Positions 36,788 to 49,949 of a stretch of 64,000 nt of DNA are shown in pieces (position 1 is the stretch's first letter; every line of letters begins with the position of its first letter). The DNA comes from Felis catus. Lineage: Eukaryota. Below the pieces are notes generated by a model. The model ran no database searches and was not told the DNA's origin. It saw only the letters and a program-made list of their open reading frames with translations. Position numbers and translations under genes: made by a program. Location of the stretch: NCBI RefSeq assembly GCF_018350175.1, contig NC_058368.1, positions 95,544,001 to 95,608,000 of the forward strand, given 5' to 3'.

Positions 36788-39700
36788 AAGATCTGATTTT
36801 CTCTTCACAGTAGAAAGTTACAGGTACATTGTCACAGCAGACACCTGTGTGCAGTATTTAGAATGAAAACTGTATTTATCTTCTATAATGAATGTTAGAT
36901 TGATAGTCGCTGTCTCAGCTAGCAGACGTCAATTCAAATGGGATTTACTTAATAAGGAATTCATTGCAGAGATAATTTATTGTAGAAAGTATATTGTAGA
37001 ATTTGACACAGGGATGCTAGGAGTTTCTACTAAGTCACCAAATACTCAGGGGACTTTCAGTGTGTTCCTTGTTCACACAAAAGGCATCTCCTACAAATGC
37101 AGATAGTGACAAGATCAGATGGGGCTTACCTTTGGGTAAAAACCATTACTATTTGAAAGGATAACTTCTGCTTGTCTACACAAAGGTAAAATGCTTTTAT
37201 GATTGACTGAACTTTGACTGCATATTCTCGGGTTTTGCTATCCCATAACCCATTCTTTACCTTCACCTGGTGGGTTCTGCCCAGGTTTACGGCATTAAGC
37301 CGCGACAGAACTGCCTGTTTCTGACCCCCACTCTAGACTTTGAAGGGGAAATGGTGGCTTGGTGGAGGTCTGCCTCTGCTCAAATTATTGACATATTGCT
37401 TGGTAATTCATTTGGTTTTGTGCAGGTATAACTTCTAGTATATTTGCACACATCACTCCTTTGTTACCATTTCTACCTTTGCTTTGTCCACATAGGTCCA
37501 CAGAGTTGGACATGGGCCAGGTTTTCTAGACAATTTCATGTCAGTTCAACCCCAGAGTGTCTGTTCTCTGGAGAAAACTCTATAGCAACAATCTCATACA
37601 TTTTCATTCAATTTATTCTTTGAATGTTAGGAAAGGAACTGAGCAATCATGGCCCTGATATTTCAGTGCTACACTTGTTATTTTGGAAGCAGCCTTATGA
37701 TTTAAATAGAACTGAACACATCGACCTTTGCACCCCTGCCCTGATTTTCTTACACAGCGTTCTTCTCATGAATGGCTCCAGAGTGTCCTCTGGGTACCCT
37801 GCCTGGCAGGAGAATGGGTCCTTTTGATCACACAATTGATTCCCAGGGTCTCCTCACACACTGACAATTTTTACTAATCAAATTAACATACGGTCCATCA
37901 CCCTAGTGGAAAATATTTCTCATTTAGAAGGAATTACTAAACATGCTAAAAATGGGTGTCACAAATACTATAATATGCTCGCATTATGTGCCATGGTAAA
38001 ATCTGCCATAGGGCGCAGAGAGATCCTTGGAGGGCCAGAAACACGTGGGATATGAAGGATTTCTTAAGCTAGAGAAGAAAAGCAATAAGATGGAGGGGAA
38101 AGCCAAAGGGAAAGTGACCAGTGTCCCCTCTTGAACATCTTCACTGCTGAGAGACACCCTCCAGTGTCGATTTTTATTGGGATCTTGACACATTAGCCTG
38201 ACAATGGGTCTGACCTACTTAACGGTGTACAGAAATGGACAAAGTGACCAAGAGAAAAAGGTGGGGAAGCTTCTATCTGTTATATCTAAATATTCTCTCG
38301 ATTGAGCTTCTATTAGGTGTCCCGCAAAGCACTGAGTCGCTTTACGGGTGCTGTCTTATTTAATTTTATCTATAGCTCCATGATCAAATGAGGAACCAAG
38401 AATAGCTATTTAGAGACTTAAAACATTGTGAGAAGAAATGCACTGTGATGAATGGGACTTTTTAAAAAGACACTAGCGGGCATGGTTGGTGCAAGTGTAA
38501 GAACTCATGGTGATCATTTAGGAAGAGAAAAACAGACACATCTACTAGATACAGCTTACCAGATTAAGTGTCCCTAGGATGGAGGAGGGTTGTGACTGAC
38601 TTTTGTCGTCTGGAAACCGTAGCATTGGGTTTTATGACTTCTTCCTGTTCCTCCGGTCCCTCAGGTGCACAACTGTCCACGTAACCAGTTCTACAATTTG
38701 TTCTGGGGACTTTAAAAAATGTGTCTCAAGAAAAGCAATTCAGAACGTCAAGACCAAGACCCAGAACTGTTGGGGCAGTAACTTAAAATGTCTTCTAGCC
38801 TCTTCCCCTCTTTCCACCCAGTGAGTTCTTAGTTATGCCAGTAGGGCAAATGTTCCATGCAAAGAGATGTGGAAAAGACAGGGTGTGACACGCCCTGTCT
38901 TTCTCAGTGCCTTCACTGATAACAAGGATGACCTGGAGAGTTTTGCTTCTATTCTGGTGAAATGTTTGTTTGAAGCATGTCTTTAAAAGCAGGTGGGGTT
39001 GCATGCTTGTTAGGTCTCAAATGGGTGGTTGAGTGGTTCATAGATAAACTCTCTTAAACCAGCTTTTTCCCTCTTGGACTTCCCAGCCCTCTTCTCTGGC
39101 AAAATGCACCAACACAAAACGTCATGGTCTTAACCCTGATCTTCATTCTTCATTTGCTTATACCATTTAATAGCTTTTGCATTCATTGCCACTGATAGAC
39201 CTCAGATTCTACCTGTGATTGATTATTAATATAATATACTGAAGATTTTTTCCCCATGGATGGTACGTGAGTTTAATAAGACACTATCCCTAACAAGTAC
39301 CTCAAGACTCAATCCTGGGCAAAAATATTACACTGCTGCTCTACCCTGCAGAACTGGAAATTTTGAACAGCTGGATTTGTTTGTCCCGAATGTTCCATGT
39401 TGTGTCTTGGAGTCAAACATAGTGTCAGAAAAGTTATTAAGAGCTTCACCTGTTCTTAATGCCAGGGCCAGTTGGAAGCTGACAGGATTTTCAGCTCTAA
39501 TGTCTTTGCCAGGTTTGAAAAAGCAATTTAATAGTGCCTGGGACCTCTTTATGAATGTGTGGTTCCCCACTGCTTTTGAAGAGTGGCTCTTGCCCCCGAA
39601 TCTTTGAACAATCACCAAAGAAGACATTGCACGAGGGGGGTGGAAATGGTGCATATTAACTGCGACAATCGCGCACAATCCAAGATGAATGGTTCTTTCT

Positions 39701-40079
39701 CCTCTTCCCTCATCCCTGGTGATTAGAAATAAATTTGTTAGGTATGTCTAGGAGACTAATTACATCATCATGAGGAATATCCCAGTGGGGAGATCTTTTC
39801 TTTTCGGATCAAAAGGATGGCCAGCGGCTACTGTGTTCAATCCAGTAATCTGCAGGAGATAGTGCTGGGGATGGCCAAGCGGCTCCGCTCCTCGGGAACA
39901 TCTGCTCACAGAAAATGATGGGAAATTAACCATGTATTGGGGAGGCAGCTGCAAAGCATACAGCAAATGGGAATGAGGGAAGCACTCACCAGGTCAGAGG
40001 AGATAAAATGGGAAAGGAGCTTATGAAAGGTGGAGGCCGGGTGCAATAAGAAGAATCTTGATTTATTAGAGAAGCATTT

Positions 40080-40290
40080 TATTTATTATTATTAATATTA
40101 TCATTATTATTACTATTAAGAGAGAGAGCAAGGTGGGGAGGGGCAGAGAGAGAGGGAGAGAGAAATCCCTAGCAGGCTCTGCACTGTCAGCACAGAGTCC
40201 GATGGGGGGCTTGAACTCATGAACTGAGATGGTGACCTGAGCTGAAACCAAGAGTCGGACACTCAACTGACTGAGCCACCCAGGCACCCC
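40080..40290 (-). mobile_element. CAN-SINE with (ATT)n-like tail
   Basis: Antisense body, flanked by agagaagcatt / agagagcagcatt. Confidence 0.94.
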
Positions 40291-40456
40291 AGAGAGCAGC
40301 ATTGAGAGGAAGGAATCCTGAATGTTAAGTATTCGCTCTGATCCTTATAGACGGTTTCTTGTCTCAAGGGTCTTCTCCAGGTTGTTAGGAAGATTATGTA
40401 AGTTAAATATGAAACACCGGATCTTGTTTTCATAGAGTGATACCCGATCTCATTAT

Positions 40457-40692
40457 TTTTTTTTTTTGAAAAATTTTTTAACATTTACCTATTTTTGAGA
40501 AACAGAGGGAGGCAGAACATGAGCAGGGGAGGGGGAGAGAGAAAGAGAGGGAGATACAGAATCCAAAGCAGGCTCCAGGCTCTGAGCTGTTTGTTAGCAC
40601 AGAGCCTGACGTGGGGCTTGAACTCAGGAACTGCAAGACCATGACCTGAGCCGAAGTCGGACGCTCAACTAACTGAGCCACATAGGCGCCCC
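40457..40692 (-). mobile_element. CAN-SINE (feline)
   Basis: TSD atac(c/t)cgatctca(t/g)tatt. Confidence 0.95.
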
Positions 40693-41626
40693 ATACTCGA
40701 TCTCAGTATTGATATTTCAGCTGACAGCCACTCATTTTCCTTACACTTAGAATGTGGCATGCAATTGATGGGCATATTGGTCTCAGGTTAGAGCCCATGG
40801 AACTCCCAACCAGGCCCGGAATGCCAGGAACAGTCAATAGTCAGTCAATTTCAGTGACAGTGGAGAGATGTTTTTCTCCAACATATATATGGTAAAATAA
40901 TAGTACACAATTCTTAAAATGCTCAGAGAAAGTCAGATTCTAAAATAAAAATGTTTATGAAATAAAGCTTTGAGTCCTATACCTTTTCATGACCTGGGAG
41001 AGACTACAGATCGTCTAGCTCAATATCCACAACTGACAGAGGGAGAGAAAGGCCAAAAAGGCCTAGCGACTGGTTGTATGGTGTGGTAGAGAATCCTGGG
41101 CATAAATCAAAGATATTTGCTCCCCTTCCACAAGGTGAAGCAATTGCCAGAAAGTGACAGCGCAAGGATAGACCTTCCCAGGCTCTTTCAGAAAGGTGGG
41201 GCCATTCACCCACATCTTGGCAGGAGAATGTGAGCGACAATGATGTCAATCTGTTGAGAGACAAAGGAGGGGTAAGAAGCTGGTGTGCCTGTATTCCTTC
41301 CCTCGTCCGTGGACTGGGATTCTGTGCCATGGATAGCTCTGGAAGCCTTACGTTGAAGATGACACAACCATCTTTGGGCCCCTGGATGATTGTGTGTAAG
41401 GAAGACTTTCACTCTTTCTACCCTGAACTTTCTTTTCCAGTAATTGGTATTTCTGAGCAAGACCCAGATTTCTTTGGTGTTAAGCCAGGGTTTCTTTATT
41501 GCAGCAGTTGGCTTTACCTTAATGATGTGGAACTTTTTATAATTTACCTCTACAAGGACTATTTTTTTCCACCTTGTACCCAAGTAGAAAACATGCCACT
41601 AGCCATCTAAGTCTTACCTTACTTTT

Positions 41627-41845
41627 TTGTTTTTAATTTTTAAATTTTTTTTATTTATTTTTGAGACAGAGACAGAGTATGAGCAGGGGAGGGGCAGAGA
41701 GAGAGGGGGAGACCCAGAATCTGAAGCAGGCTCCAGACACTGAGCTGTCAGCACAGAACTCAACGCAGGGCTCAAACTCACGGACTGTGAGATCATGACC
41801 TGAGCTGAAGTCAGACGCTCAACTGACTGAGCCACCCAGGCGCCC
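41627..41845 (-). mobile_element. CAN-SINE (feline)
   Basis: TSD aag(t/c)cttaccttactttt at 41609-41626 and 41846-41863. Confidence 0.96.
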
Positions 41846-41877
41846 AAGCCTTACCTTACTTTTAAACACGTTTTTGG

Positions 41878-41934
41878 ATCGCTTCTCAGCCTTTTGGCTA
41901 AGATCAAGTATAGTATCTGTTCTTACCAGTTTAA
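41878..41934 (+). pseudogene. RNU2: 3'-truncated (tailless) U2 snRNA retropseudogene, nt 1-57
   Basis: atcgcttctcagccttttggctaagatcaagtatagtatctgttcttaccagtttaa matches U2 nt 1-57 as I recall it, with 3 changes (G11A, G33A, T49C). Flanked by tttaaacac(gt/ac)ttttgga repeats. Confidence 0.95.
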
Positions 41935-42259
41935 ACACACTTTTGGAGGTAAGTACTTCAAGGAGAGAGAAAGTCTTTCAGAAATAGGGAATCAGTAGCG
42001 TCTGGATAAGCCATATTTTGCATGTCAGCTCCTGAATAATTAGATTAATAATTAACCCCCCACTGTATAATTGTTTTCTTCTTCTATAAGAACAAAAGTT
42101 GAAGGGAAATTTTTACCAGCCTTATGGCATTTATTTGCATTTATTTAGCATGGTTATTTTTACCACCTGTTTGCCTATTTATTTCTAGATGGATTGAAAA
42201 TCAAGGCAAAGCCAAAGGCAAGTTTCAGTGTAGTCAAACTGGTAATCACATGTGCTTAG

Positions 42260-42480
42260 CGGCTCAGGAGGCAGATTGTCTAGGGGTAAATCGTGAAGAT
42301 AACCCCTGTCAGCTCTGCCATGTGGGGATATTACACCTCATTTCTGTGGCCTCAGTTGCCTTACCTATAAAATAAGAGTGTGATGGTCCATATTTGATAG
42401 AGCTGTTAAAATGGTGAGATGAAAAAAAAAAATCTGTAAATTGCCCCACATAGGACCATACTCAACAGATACTGTCTTGG
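42260..42480 (+). mobile_element. MIR relic
   Basis: cctcatttctgtggcctcagttgccttacctataaaataagagtg. Confidence 0.65.
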
Positions 42481-43182
42481 GGCAGAAAACAAAGAGGGAA
42501 CACCCTATTTGATTAATGACTTTTGTTAAGGCATCCAATATGAAAAGCCAAGAATTGTGAGAACAAGTGTAGGAGGCTTCCAGAAGCTGACCTACATGTT
42601 GATAATGTTTTCGTTCTTCGAACATCAAGGTGGGGGTTTGTAAGCTGTAATGCAAGTAAGAAACCATCAACTGCTTACCATCAGCATGTTGTAAGGTGCA
42701 TAAGTGGATTTAATAGGTGTTATGCTCCTTTGGCTTAGCTCCATGATTTCCCATAGTGACTAAATGAGATAAGGTATGGAAAAGATTCTTCGTTACCTGT
42801 AATGTTCTATTACAAATGCACCCATTTGTTTCCGCATTTGCTATAGGTGTATCAAGTGTTGATCAGATACCCTACACTTGGTTAAGGACTGGCGTGGTAC
42901 TTGAACGTGTACCATGGTGTAGTCATAGGTTCTGCCACCAGGCAACATTAAGTCTAGTGACAGATGACAGACAAGTACATGAAACTTTATAATCAAATGT
43001 GCCATCGTGCAGGGATCTACAGAGCAGTATGGAAATAGGAGAAAGTGACAAATGATGTTATTGTTGTTGAAATACCCTTTCCTTCCTCTTTAGAAGAATC
43101 CACAATCTAAAATTTCCTTCAATGAGATTTCAAGGTCAGGATGGGGAGGTTATCATATCTTGCTAAAATTATTAATAATGGA

Positions 43183-43332
43183 AGGACGCCTGGGTGGTCC
43201 AGGCATTGTCTCTTGATTTGAGCTCAAGTCATGGTCTCACAGTTTGTGGGATTGAGCCCCATGTCAGGGATTCTCTCTCTCCCTCTCCCCTGCTCTCTCC
43301 CTCTCAAAATAAATAAATAAACATTAAAAAAA
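43183..43332 (+). mobile_element. Internally deleted CAN-SINE
   Basis: ggacgcctgggtggtcc head, short body, ctcaaaataaataaataaacattaaaaaaa tail. Confidence 0.85.
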
Positions 43333-44115
43333 TTAATGCTTGCAGCATAATACAAAATCTGCATTTCCTGAATATTATAGTTTATTACCTAAGCTAAAAT
43401 ACTGGTTTGGGTTTGACTTTGGTCGATACTTACCCCATGTGGCTCCGTTGCTTGGCTGTCATTACAAAACGTCCATTTTTAACATCATAGTGACAAATAG
43501 CTGTTACATAAGCTTGGACTTTATCTTTTGAATTTTGCTATGGGTAGACTACGTTCGTTGTACGTCAGGTTGGGAATTCATGGAGGAATCTGTGAGAGCC
43601 CAGGTTTACTGTCCTCCAAAGAAAGCTGTTAGAATTCCTTCAGATCTTCATGTGACAGTGGCCTCCCTTTTCCTGACCTCTTGTCATTGGGGCAAACTCT
43701 CACTGCTAGGCCGAAGACAAGGTCTTCAGAACAAACCCAGAGATACACAGCCACAAAGGTCCATGGGCAGAACAAGTTGGGGACAGAGCAGAGAGGATTT
43801 TCCAAGGAAGCATGGTCTTTCCTGTTGACCAGTCGTCAACCATATGCCTAGAGTGTATGACAAATGACACTGTGATCGTGGATGCATTTGAAGGATGATG
43901 TGCTAGCAATACAGTTTTAAGTTTTAATCTAGTAACTTTTTTGTTACACGAGTAATGCATGCCTGTTGTGGCAAACAACTGTAGATGAACAAAAACATAA
44001 AAATTACCTATTTTCTACCTCTAGTGGTTTCTAGGTACTTTCTTTGCATATATGATAAAACCTTGGATTGCCAGTAACTTGTTCTGCAAGCGTTTAGCAA
44101 GATAAGCAAACATTT

Positions 44116-44332
44116 TTTTATAGGTTTTTAATGTTTATTTATTTTTGAAAGAGAGAGAGACAGAGTTTGAGTAGGGGAGGGGCAGAGAGAGACAGAGACA
44201 CAGATTCTGAAGCAGGCTCTAGGCTCTGAGCTGTCAGCACAGAGCCCGATGCGGGGCTCCACCCCACGCACTGTGAGATCATGTCCTGAGCCATTGTTGG
44301 ATGCTTCACCAACTGAGCCACTCAGGTGCCCC
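44116..44332 (-). mobile_element. CAN-SINE (feline)
   Basis: TSD ga(t/c)aagcaaacattt at 44101-44115 and 44333-44347. Confidence 0.96.
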
Positions 44333-44845
44333 GACAAGCAAACATTTCTAATAAATTTTAACTTGATAAACAAGCCACGTCTTGCAATATGAGTAGTACC
44401 TGATGCCGAATGTCACATGATCACAACTGAGCCAATGGTTCTTGAAATTCACTTTGATATACAAGTGCTTGGGATTATAAGCATGTTTCTGGAAATAATT
44501 ATGCTCTCAAATCAAGGTTTACTCTACACATACATATTATTCATGTTGTATTGTAACCCTCACATTATTGCGAACATTGAGGAAATATCTAGAACTAGAA
44601 TATTCTTGGAAATGATCGCAACGTCCCTAGTATATTTGATATTCTATGATACTTTTGCTATATCTTATATCAAAGAAGACTTTGAATAAACTCTGGGGGG
44701 AGGGGGCGATTTATGCGTATCACTCTTCACCGAATACTCTGCAGCCTTGTCGTACAGTGGAAAGAACATGAGTTTTGGAATAGGACAGAAATGGCTAAAA
44801 TTTGAGTTTTTACACTTGGTGGTTGTGTGATCTCGGCAAATTAAA

Positions 44846-44922
44846 TAGGTTTAATCACATGAAACTGCCAACATCTAATCCTTTTTGACTGAAAAATGGT
44901 GATTTCCTCTGGTTCAGTCTGA
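44846..44922. mobile_element. MADE2-like mariner MITE (about 80 bp)
   Basis: taggtttaatcacatgaaactgcca...aaaaatggtgatttcctctggttcagtctga: degenerate terminal inverted repeats typical of MADE2. Confidence 0.75.
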
Positions 44923-45016
44923 ATCTTCAACTCTCTGAGTATAGCTTCCTTAACTATTAAATGTAGAATGCTACTATCTAACAGAATTGATGTTGGAATT
45001 AAATCAGATAATATTT

Positions 45017-45301
45017 ATTTTTTTATATTACTTATTTAACTTTATTATTTTTTTAATATGAAATTTTTGTCAAATTGGTTTCCATACAACACCCAGTGTT
45101 CATCCCAACAGATGCCTTCCTCAATGCCCATCACTCACTTTCCCCTCCCTCCCACCCCCATCAACCTTCAGTTTATTCTGTTTTGAAGAGTCTCTTATGG
45201 TTTGGCTCCCTCCCTCTCTTACTTTTTTAATTTTCCTTCCCCTCCCCTATGGTCTTTTGTTAAGTTTCTCAGGATCCACATAAGAGTGAAAACATATGGT
45301 A
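45017..45301 (-). mobile_element. 5'-truncated feline LINE-1 (L1_Fc-like) 3' end
   Basis: Same 3'UTR as the element at 38-369. Perfect 16-bp TSD aaatcagataatattt at 45001-45016 and 45302-45317. Confidence 0.95.
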
Positions 45302-45409
45302 AAATCAGATAATATTTGTAAAATACTTAGTGTATGGTAGATGTTTGACAAATATTAATCCCTTACCCTGACATCTCCATTGGGAATACACAATACCCTT
45401 AGGGGATGT

Positions 45410-45825
45410 GTGAGTGTGGATCCTCACAGAAGCAAAGGCCAAGATGGATTAAAGGGGCAAGAAATTTTTTGGGAGGAATGATTTTCAGGGAGAAGGGGGA
45501 TCGATTCAGGAAAGGCCAGGGAAACTGTCAGACTGTGTTGGAGGTCTGGTCTTGACTGAAGGAGAAAGAGAAGAAGGCAAGGTTGGGGTCAAGTGTCTTA
45601 GACCACTGTACAGTTCTGAGGGAAGTCTGTCAAGGCTATCAGCAAAGGGGAGTCCTGTGTCACACAGGCACCGGGTTGCCTTGATCTCTCTACTAGGGTC
45701 AATTGTTCCCTGGAGGCAGCAATGTTCCCTGGAGCACAGAAACCGGTGGGATTCTCAGAGGGTAGCTCCTGGAGCTTCCCCGGCAGAAATCGGAGGGGCA
45801 CGTTCTTCTGGCCACCATTTGTGAA
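45410..45825. mobile_element. ERVL LTR33-family solo LTR relic
   Basis: ggatcctcacagaagcaaaggccaagatggatt...tgtcttagaccactgtacagttctgagggaagt motifs. Confidence 0.6.
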
Positions 45826-47299
45826 TTCCAGACATTAACCAGTGCAGTGTGTTCCTCCTTATTTTTAGCAAGATTGAAATTAGAATTTGGGAATGATCAG
45901 GATTTGGAAAATGGATAATTTAAATTTTTTCAGCATTATTTATGGCATCTCGTCAATATTTGCCTCCACATTCCCCTCATAGTGAAATCCGGACTGACTT
46001 GACTCTGGCCCTGTTCTTGGTCACGACTTGGATCCCTTGTCTTTTGGCTTCTCTTCCCCTTTACATTCTTGGAGCTTTCTAGGCCCTGAAGAATGACACT
46101 GGGATTTTAATAATCATTGATTAGCAGTCTCTTTTTATTTTGGTTTTGTTTTTCGTTCTTTTTATTGAGATTATAGGAGTTCTGATGTAACATAAACATA
46201 ATTTTGTCTCTGAGTAAGAGAATCCCAGAGACAGAAAATAGAAAAGCTGATTGGGTTAATACCCAGGGACCAGAGTCATCACGACTCTCCAATTACTGCC
46301 AGTGATATTACCGCCTGTAGTTAGGATAATGATGTTGTAGTTTTTGAAGTATTAACAAGCTGATGAGATAGTATGATGCCTCAGGATAGAGTCTCTGGCT
46401 TTGTTTATTTATTTATTTATTTGTGTATTTATTTATTTAGGGCTGTTCTATAAAGACAGAGGAGGAAACTGTAAAGAGTGATACAGTATTTTAGTGTTAG
46501 GCTGTTAGGAGATACTATAATGTCATTTTTCCAGTTAAGAAAAATCACATGGTAATGTCACATAATCAGGACCAGAGGTGATTGACAAACCTGTCAGGCA
46601 TACACATTTTTCCAGCTTCTCTAGAGATTTCGTACATTTCGGCAGTCATTGTAATTGTGTTAGAGTTTATTCTTCGCAAAGCCATCAAAGTCAATGAGCT
46701 AATATCAAAGTTTATATTAACAACTCAAAATAGTTCCAACCTTTAAATTGTTGACATGGAAACACATCTTTCTTCACCTTATCAGAACTCTGCACATGTG
46801 CCTATGTGGACTGGGTCCTGGATTAATCAGAAATGTACTATTCGATCATGCCTTCAAGTCAGCAAGAGTTACGAAGAGAAAATTATTATTCATATATTCT
46901 GTGTATCTACAGAAAACAATCAGTCTAATGGTGTTGTCATGTTGGCTGTTTTTCGGTCCTGTTTTATTAAACTGGTAAAATCCTCAATGCAACCTGAATT
47001 TTTCCAGCCCCAGCCCCAGAGTAATTAACAGATGTTTACTTTGAAAAAGAGGTACAAACCCTATTTCTCTGTCAGTGTTCCATTTAAAAGGTGAATATAT
47101 TTTGTGCATGTAGTGTGCAGCACTAAGAAGCAAATATGAGGGAGAAACTATATTCTGAACTGCAGACTCTTAAACCATGTTAGAAAAAGACCGTGGAGGG
47201 ATTTGGGTTAACCATGTAGCTTCAGGAACATAAATGTCTGAACTTCATTGGCTCAGACAATGGCTGAGAACAATGGCTCCTTGTGCTTTTTTTTTTCCT

Positions 47300-47580
47300 C
47301 CTTCAAATTGCCCAATTGTTTTCATCTTCATTTCATTTGCGTTCAGTTGACACACAGTGTTCCATCACTTTCAGGTGTACATGCGGCTGTTTTGTGTCGC
47401 TGTACAAAGCTATTACGATATTGATGATGTTCCCTGTGTTGTGCCTTTCATTGCTGTGACTGACTCATCTCAGACCTGGAAGCCTGTGTCTCCCACTCCC
47501 CTTCACTCATTTTGTCCACATCCCCCCAACCCTCCTAGTCTGTCACCCATCAGTTTGTTTCCTGTATCCTTGGGCTTTAT
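47300..47580 (-). mobile_element. Old L1 3'UTR fragment
   Basis: cagttgacacacagtgttccatcactttcaggtgtaca..., similar to the 14580-14850 L1 3' end. Confidence 0.7.
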
Positions 47581-48309
47581 TTGAACCATTAGACCAATCA
47601 TTTGGGACCGGGGGAATTTGTTAACCTGGGTAGCAGCTTGGCCGTGATGGCCAGAGTGAGGATCCTCATGCTGTTGTGCAACTGTACTTCTCACCTGGGT
47701 TGCTGCACTAGGATTTGTTTTTTGTGCAATGTTTGGGAAAGTGTTTGGTGGAACCGTTGGGCTATTTTCTGGATACCAGGAGAGGAAGGTAGGACACCTT
47801 ATTCAGAAGGAGGTGGGCAGATCAAGGGATGAGTAACCAGTTCACATATATAAAAATCCATTTTGGAGATTTCTTCCTCACTGTCCCTAGGTGGATATGA
47901 AATTTAAAACCGAGTGGAGGAAACTCCTGGCATACTTCCCTGGGATGTAACGTAATTCATATTGCCCCCTTTGTAGATCTTCAGACATTTTCAACATTAG
48001 ACCCACTGTGATTCTACTCTAAGAACCTCATCTTCTTTAGAATAGAATGTAATTTTCCTTTTTCTGAATTCATAAGGCCATCAGAGGATAAGGATTATGA
48101 CTGACGCTCTAAGTCAGTGAATAAAAGGAAAAGATGGATAATTTTACACATGACCCTAAGTAGGGGTGCGGTCAAGGATAATCAATTTGAGCCTCACAAT
48201 AAAGGATATAGGGTCTGTGAGTTAATTGATAAATCCCTTTGGGTTTCAACCTTTGTAAATGAAAAGCTGTCTCCCCCTATGTTGTTAGCATATAGGTCCA
48301 TAGTCAGTA

Positions 48310-48440
48310 GCTTATTCACATATCCATCCATCCACTCATTCATTCAACAAACACATATTTATGAAACATTTGTCATATGTCAGGCACTGTGCTTGATTTG
48401 GGGACACAACAATTCCTGCTTTGTTGGATTATAGATGTTC
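48310..48440 (-). mobile_element. L2 3' end relic
   Basis: tcattcattcaacaaacacatatttatgaaacatttgtcatatgtcaggcactgtgct. Confidence 0.75.
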
Positions 48441-49649
48441 ATGGCACGGGTTACAGGGCCAAGAGAGTATCGAGTATCTATCTCTTTTAACTCTATTGCC
48501 AGGTCTTAGAAAACAAGGTACATGTGTCCTCAGTGCCTAGCCTAGGGCTATGCATTGCAAAATGGTATGTTGACTTGGATACACCTGGAGTATTTTTCCT
48601 TTGATTTAGAGCATGTAAAGTCTCTTTATTTAGATTCTTGCTAGTAGTAATAAGACAATCAATGATATGGTAGTTGGCATAGATCACACTTTCCCTGTCA
48701 CATTCCATCAACTCCTGAACACATCCACAGAGCCGGTGGCTAATCCAGAATTCATTCCTCATAAGCTTTTCTGTGTGGGCCCAAAGAGTCAAATAAAGCC
48801 ATGCTCTCCCCTCAGGTTTATAGCAGCTGGAACAAATCCGAGTTGTTATTGTCAACTCTGATAATAGCTCACCGACTTTAATTAATTAAATCAAGAATAA
48901 ATCCCCATACAGTTATCTTGACTCCAATGTCATTGATTAAATTTTGGGGGGAAAGGGTGGAAATATCCCATTTTAGGTGTCTCATTCACTGCACCTACTT
49001 GATGAACTTCATCCTAGTTGGTCCTTTCTGGTCAATTTCTTACTTTTGTTGTAAAAATTACTGTATGCCAACAAAAAGATGACTATCTGATTTTATTTCA
49101 CGGGGTAGAACTGAGGAAGGGAAAAATGTAAATAATCAAAATCAAAAGTCCACATGTTTTTATGTGACTCTCTGCATTATTCTATGTTAGCCATGATTTT
49201 TTTTTAAAAGACATCATTGTGGCACAAATAAAAGACATAGATGAAATGCCAAGTTGCAAACTTGGTTTAAGAATTCAGATATGTTTATAATATTAGTAGC
49301 TATCTTCTGGAAACTTATACTTAATGGAACCAAATACCTGGTCTTCAAGGATTACCTAAAGGTCAAAGTCTCCACTGTCCTTGGACAAAAGGTGCTGGTG
49401 TAAAAAATTCACTTGCTATTCCTTCTGGCTTGGATTTCAGGCAAGGAGCCAGGTGGCTTAACAGCTAAAGTTATGTTAGTTTCCTAAGTAGAATTTTAGA
49501 CCACAAGAAGTCTTTTAAATGTCTGAGAAATTGGGGACCAAAGGCTTCTGCAGTGAAGTGACCAGCTTCCAGAACCCGAGTTTGACAAGTGACAAGTAAT
49601 CATAGACTGCCAATCTTCCCCTGAGATGCTAATGAACCCCTACCCTTCC

Positions 49650-49860
49650 ATGACCTCAATAATTCACCAAATTCTTCCATGGGCATTGGTTTGCCTGTTA
49701 GGTTTTCCTCTAGAAGGGGAGGCATCATTATCTCTCTATTACAAGTAAGTAAACTGAGGCTCACAAAAGTGAACTGATGAAGGAAGTTCACATGGCTGAC
49801 AAGCAGTGACATGGAAAGCCAAGGGGCTTTCAATCAAATTAACGTCTTTCTGTCTTCCTG
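49650..49860 (-). mobile_element. MIR relic
   Basis: ttacaagtaagtaaactgaggctcacaaaagtgaactga. Confidence 0.7.
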
Positions 49861-49949
49861 GACACACATGGCCTAGCTCTCTTTCGCTAATCTCCCACTA
49901 GGCCATGCAGAGGGAAACGATTCAGTGTCATAGCTCCAGATACTTATCT

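Larger units (their letters stand above)
44745..45360 (+). mobile_element. MIR, interrupted by MADE2 and an L1 3' end
   Basis: cagtggaaagaacatgagttttgga head, tgtgtgatctcggcaaatta core, gataatatttgtaaaatacttag 3' part. Confidence 0.7.

Noticed and set aside
47958..47980. Second CTCF-like motif (ctacaaagggggcaat on -)
   Set aside because: Too many mismatches in the 5' half to support without data.
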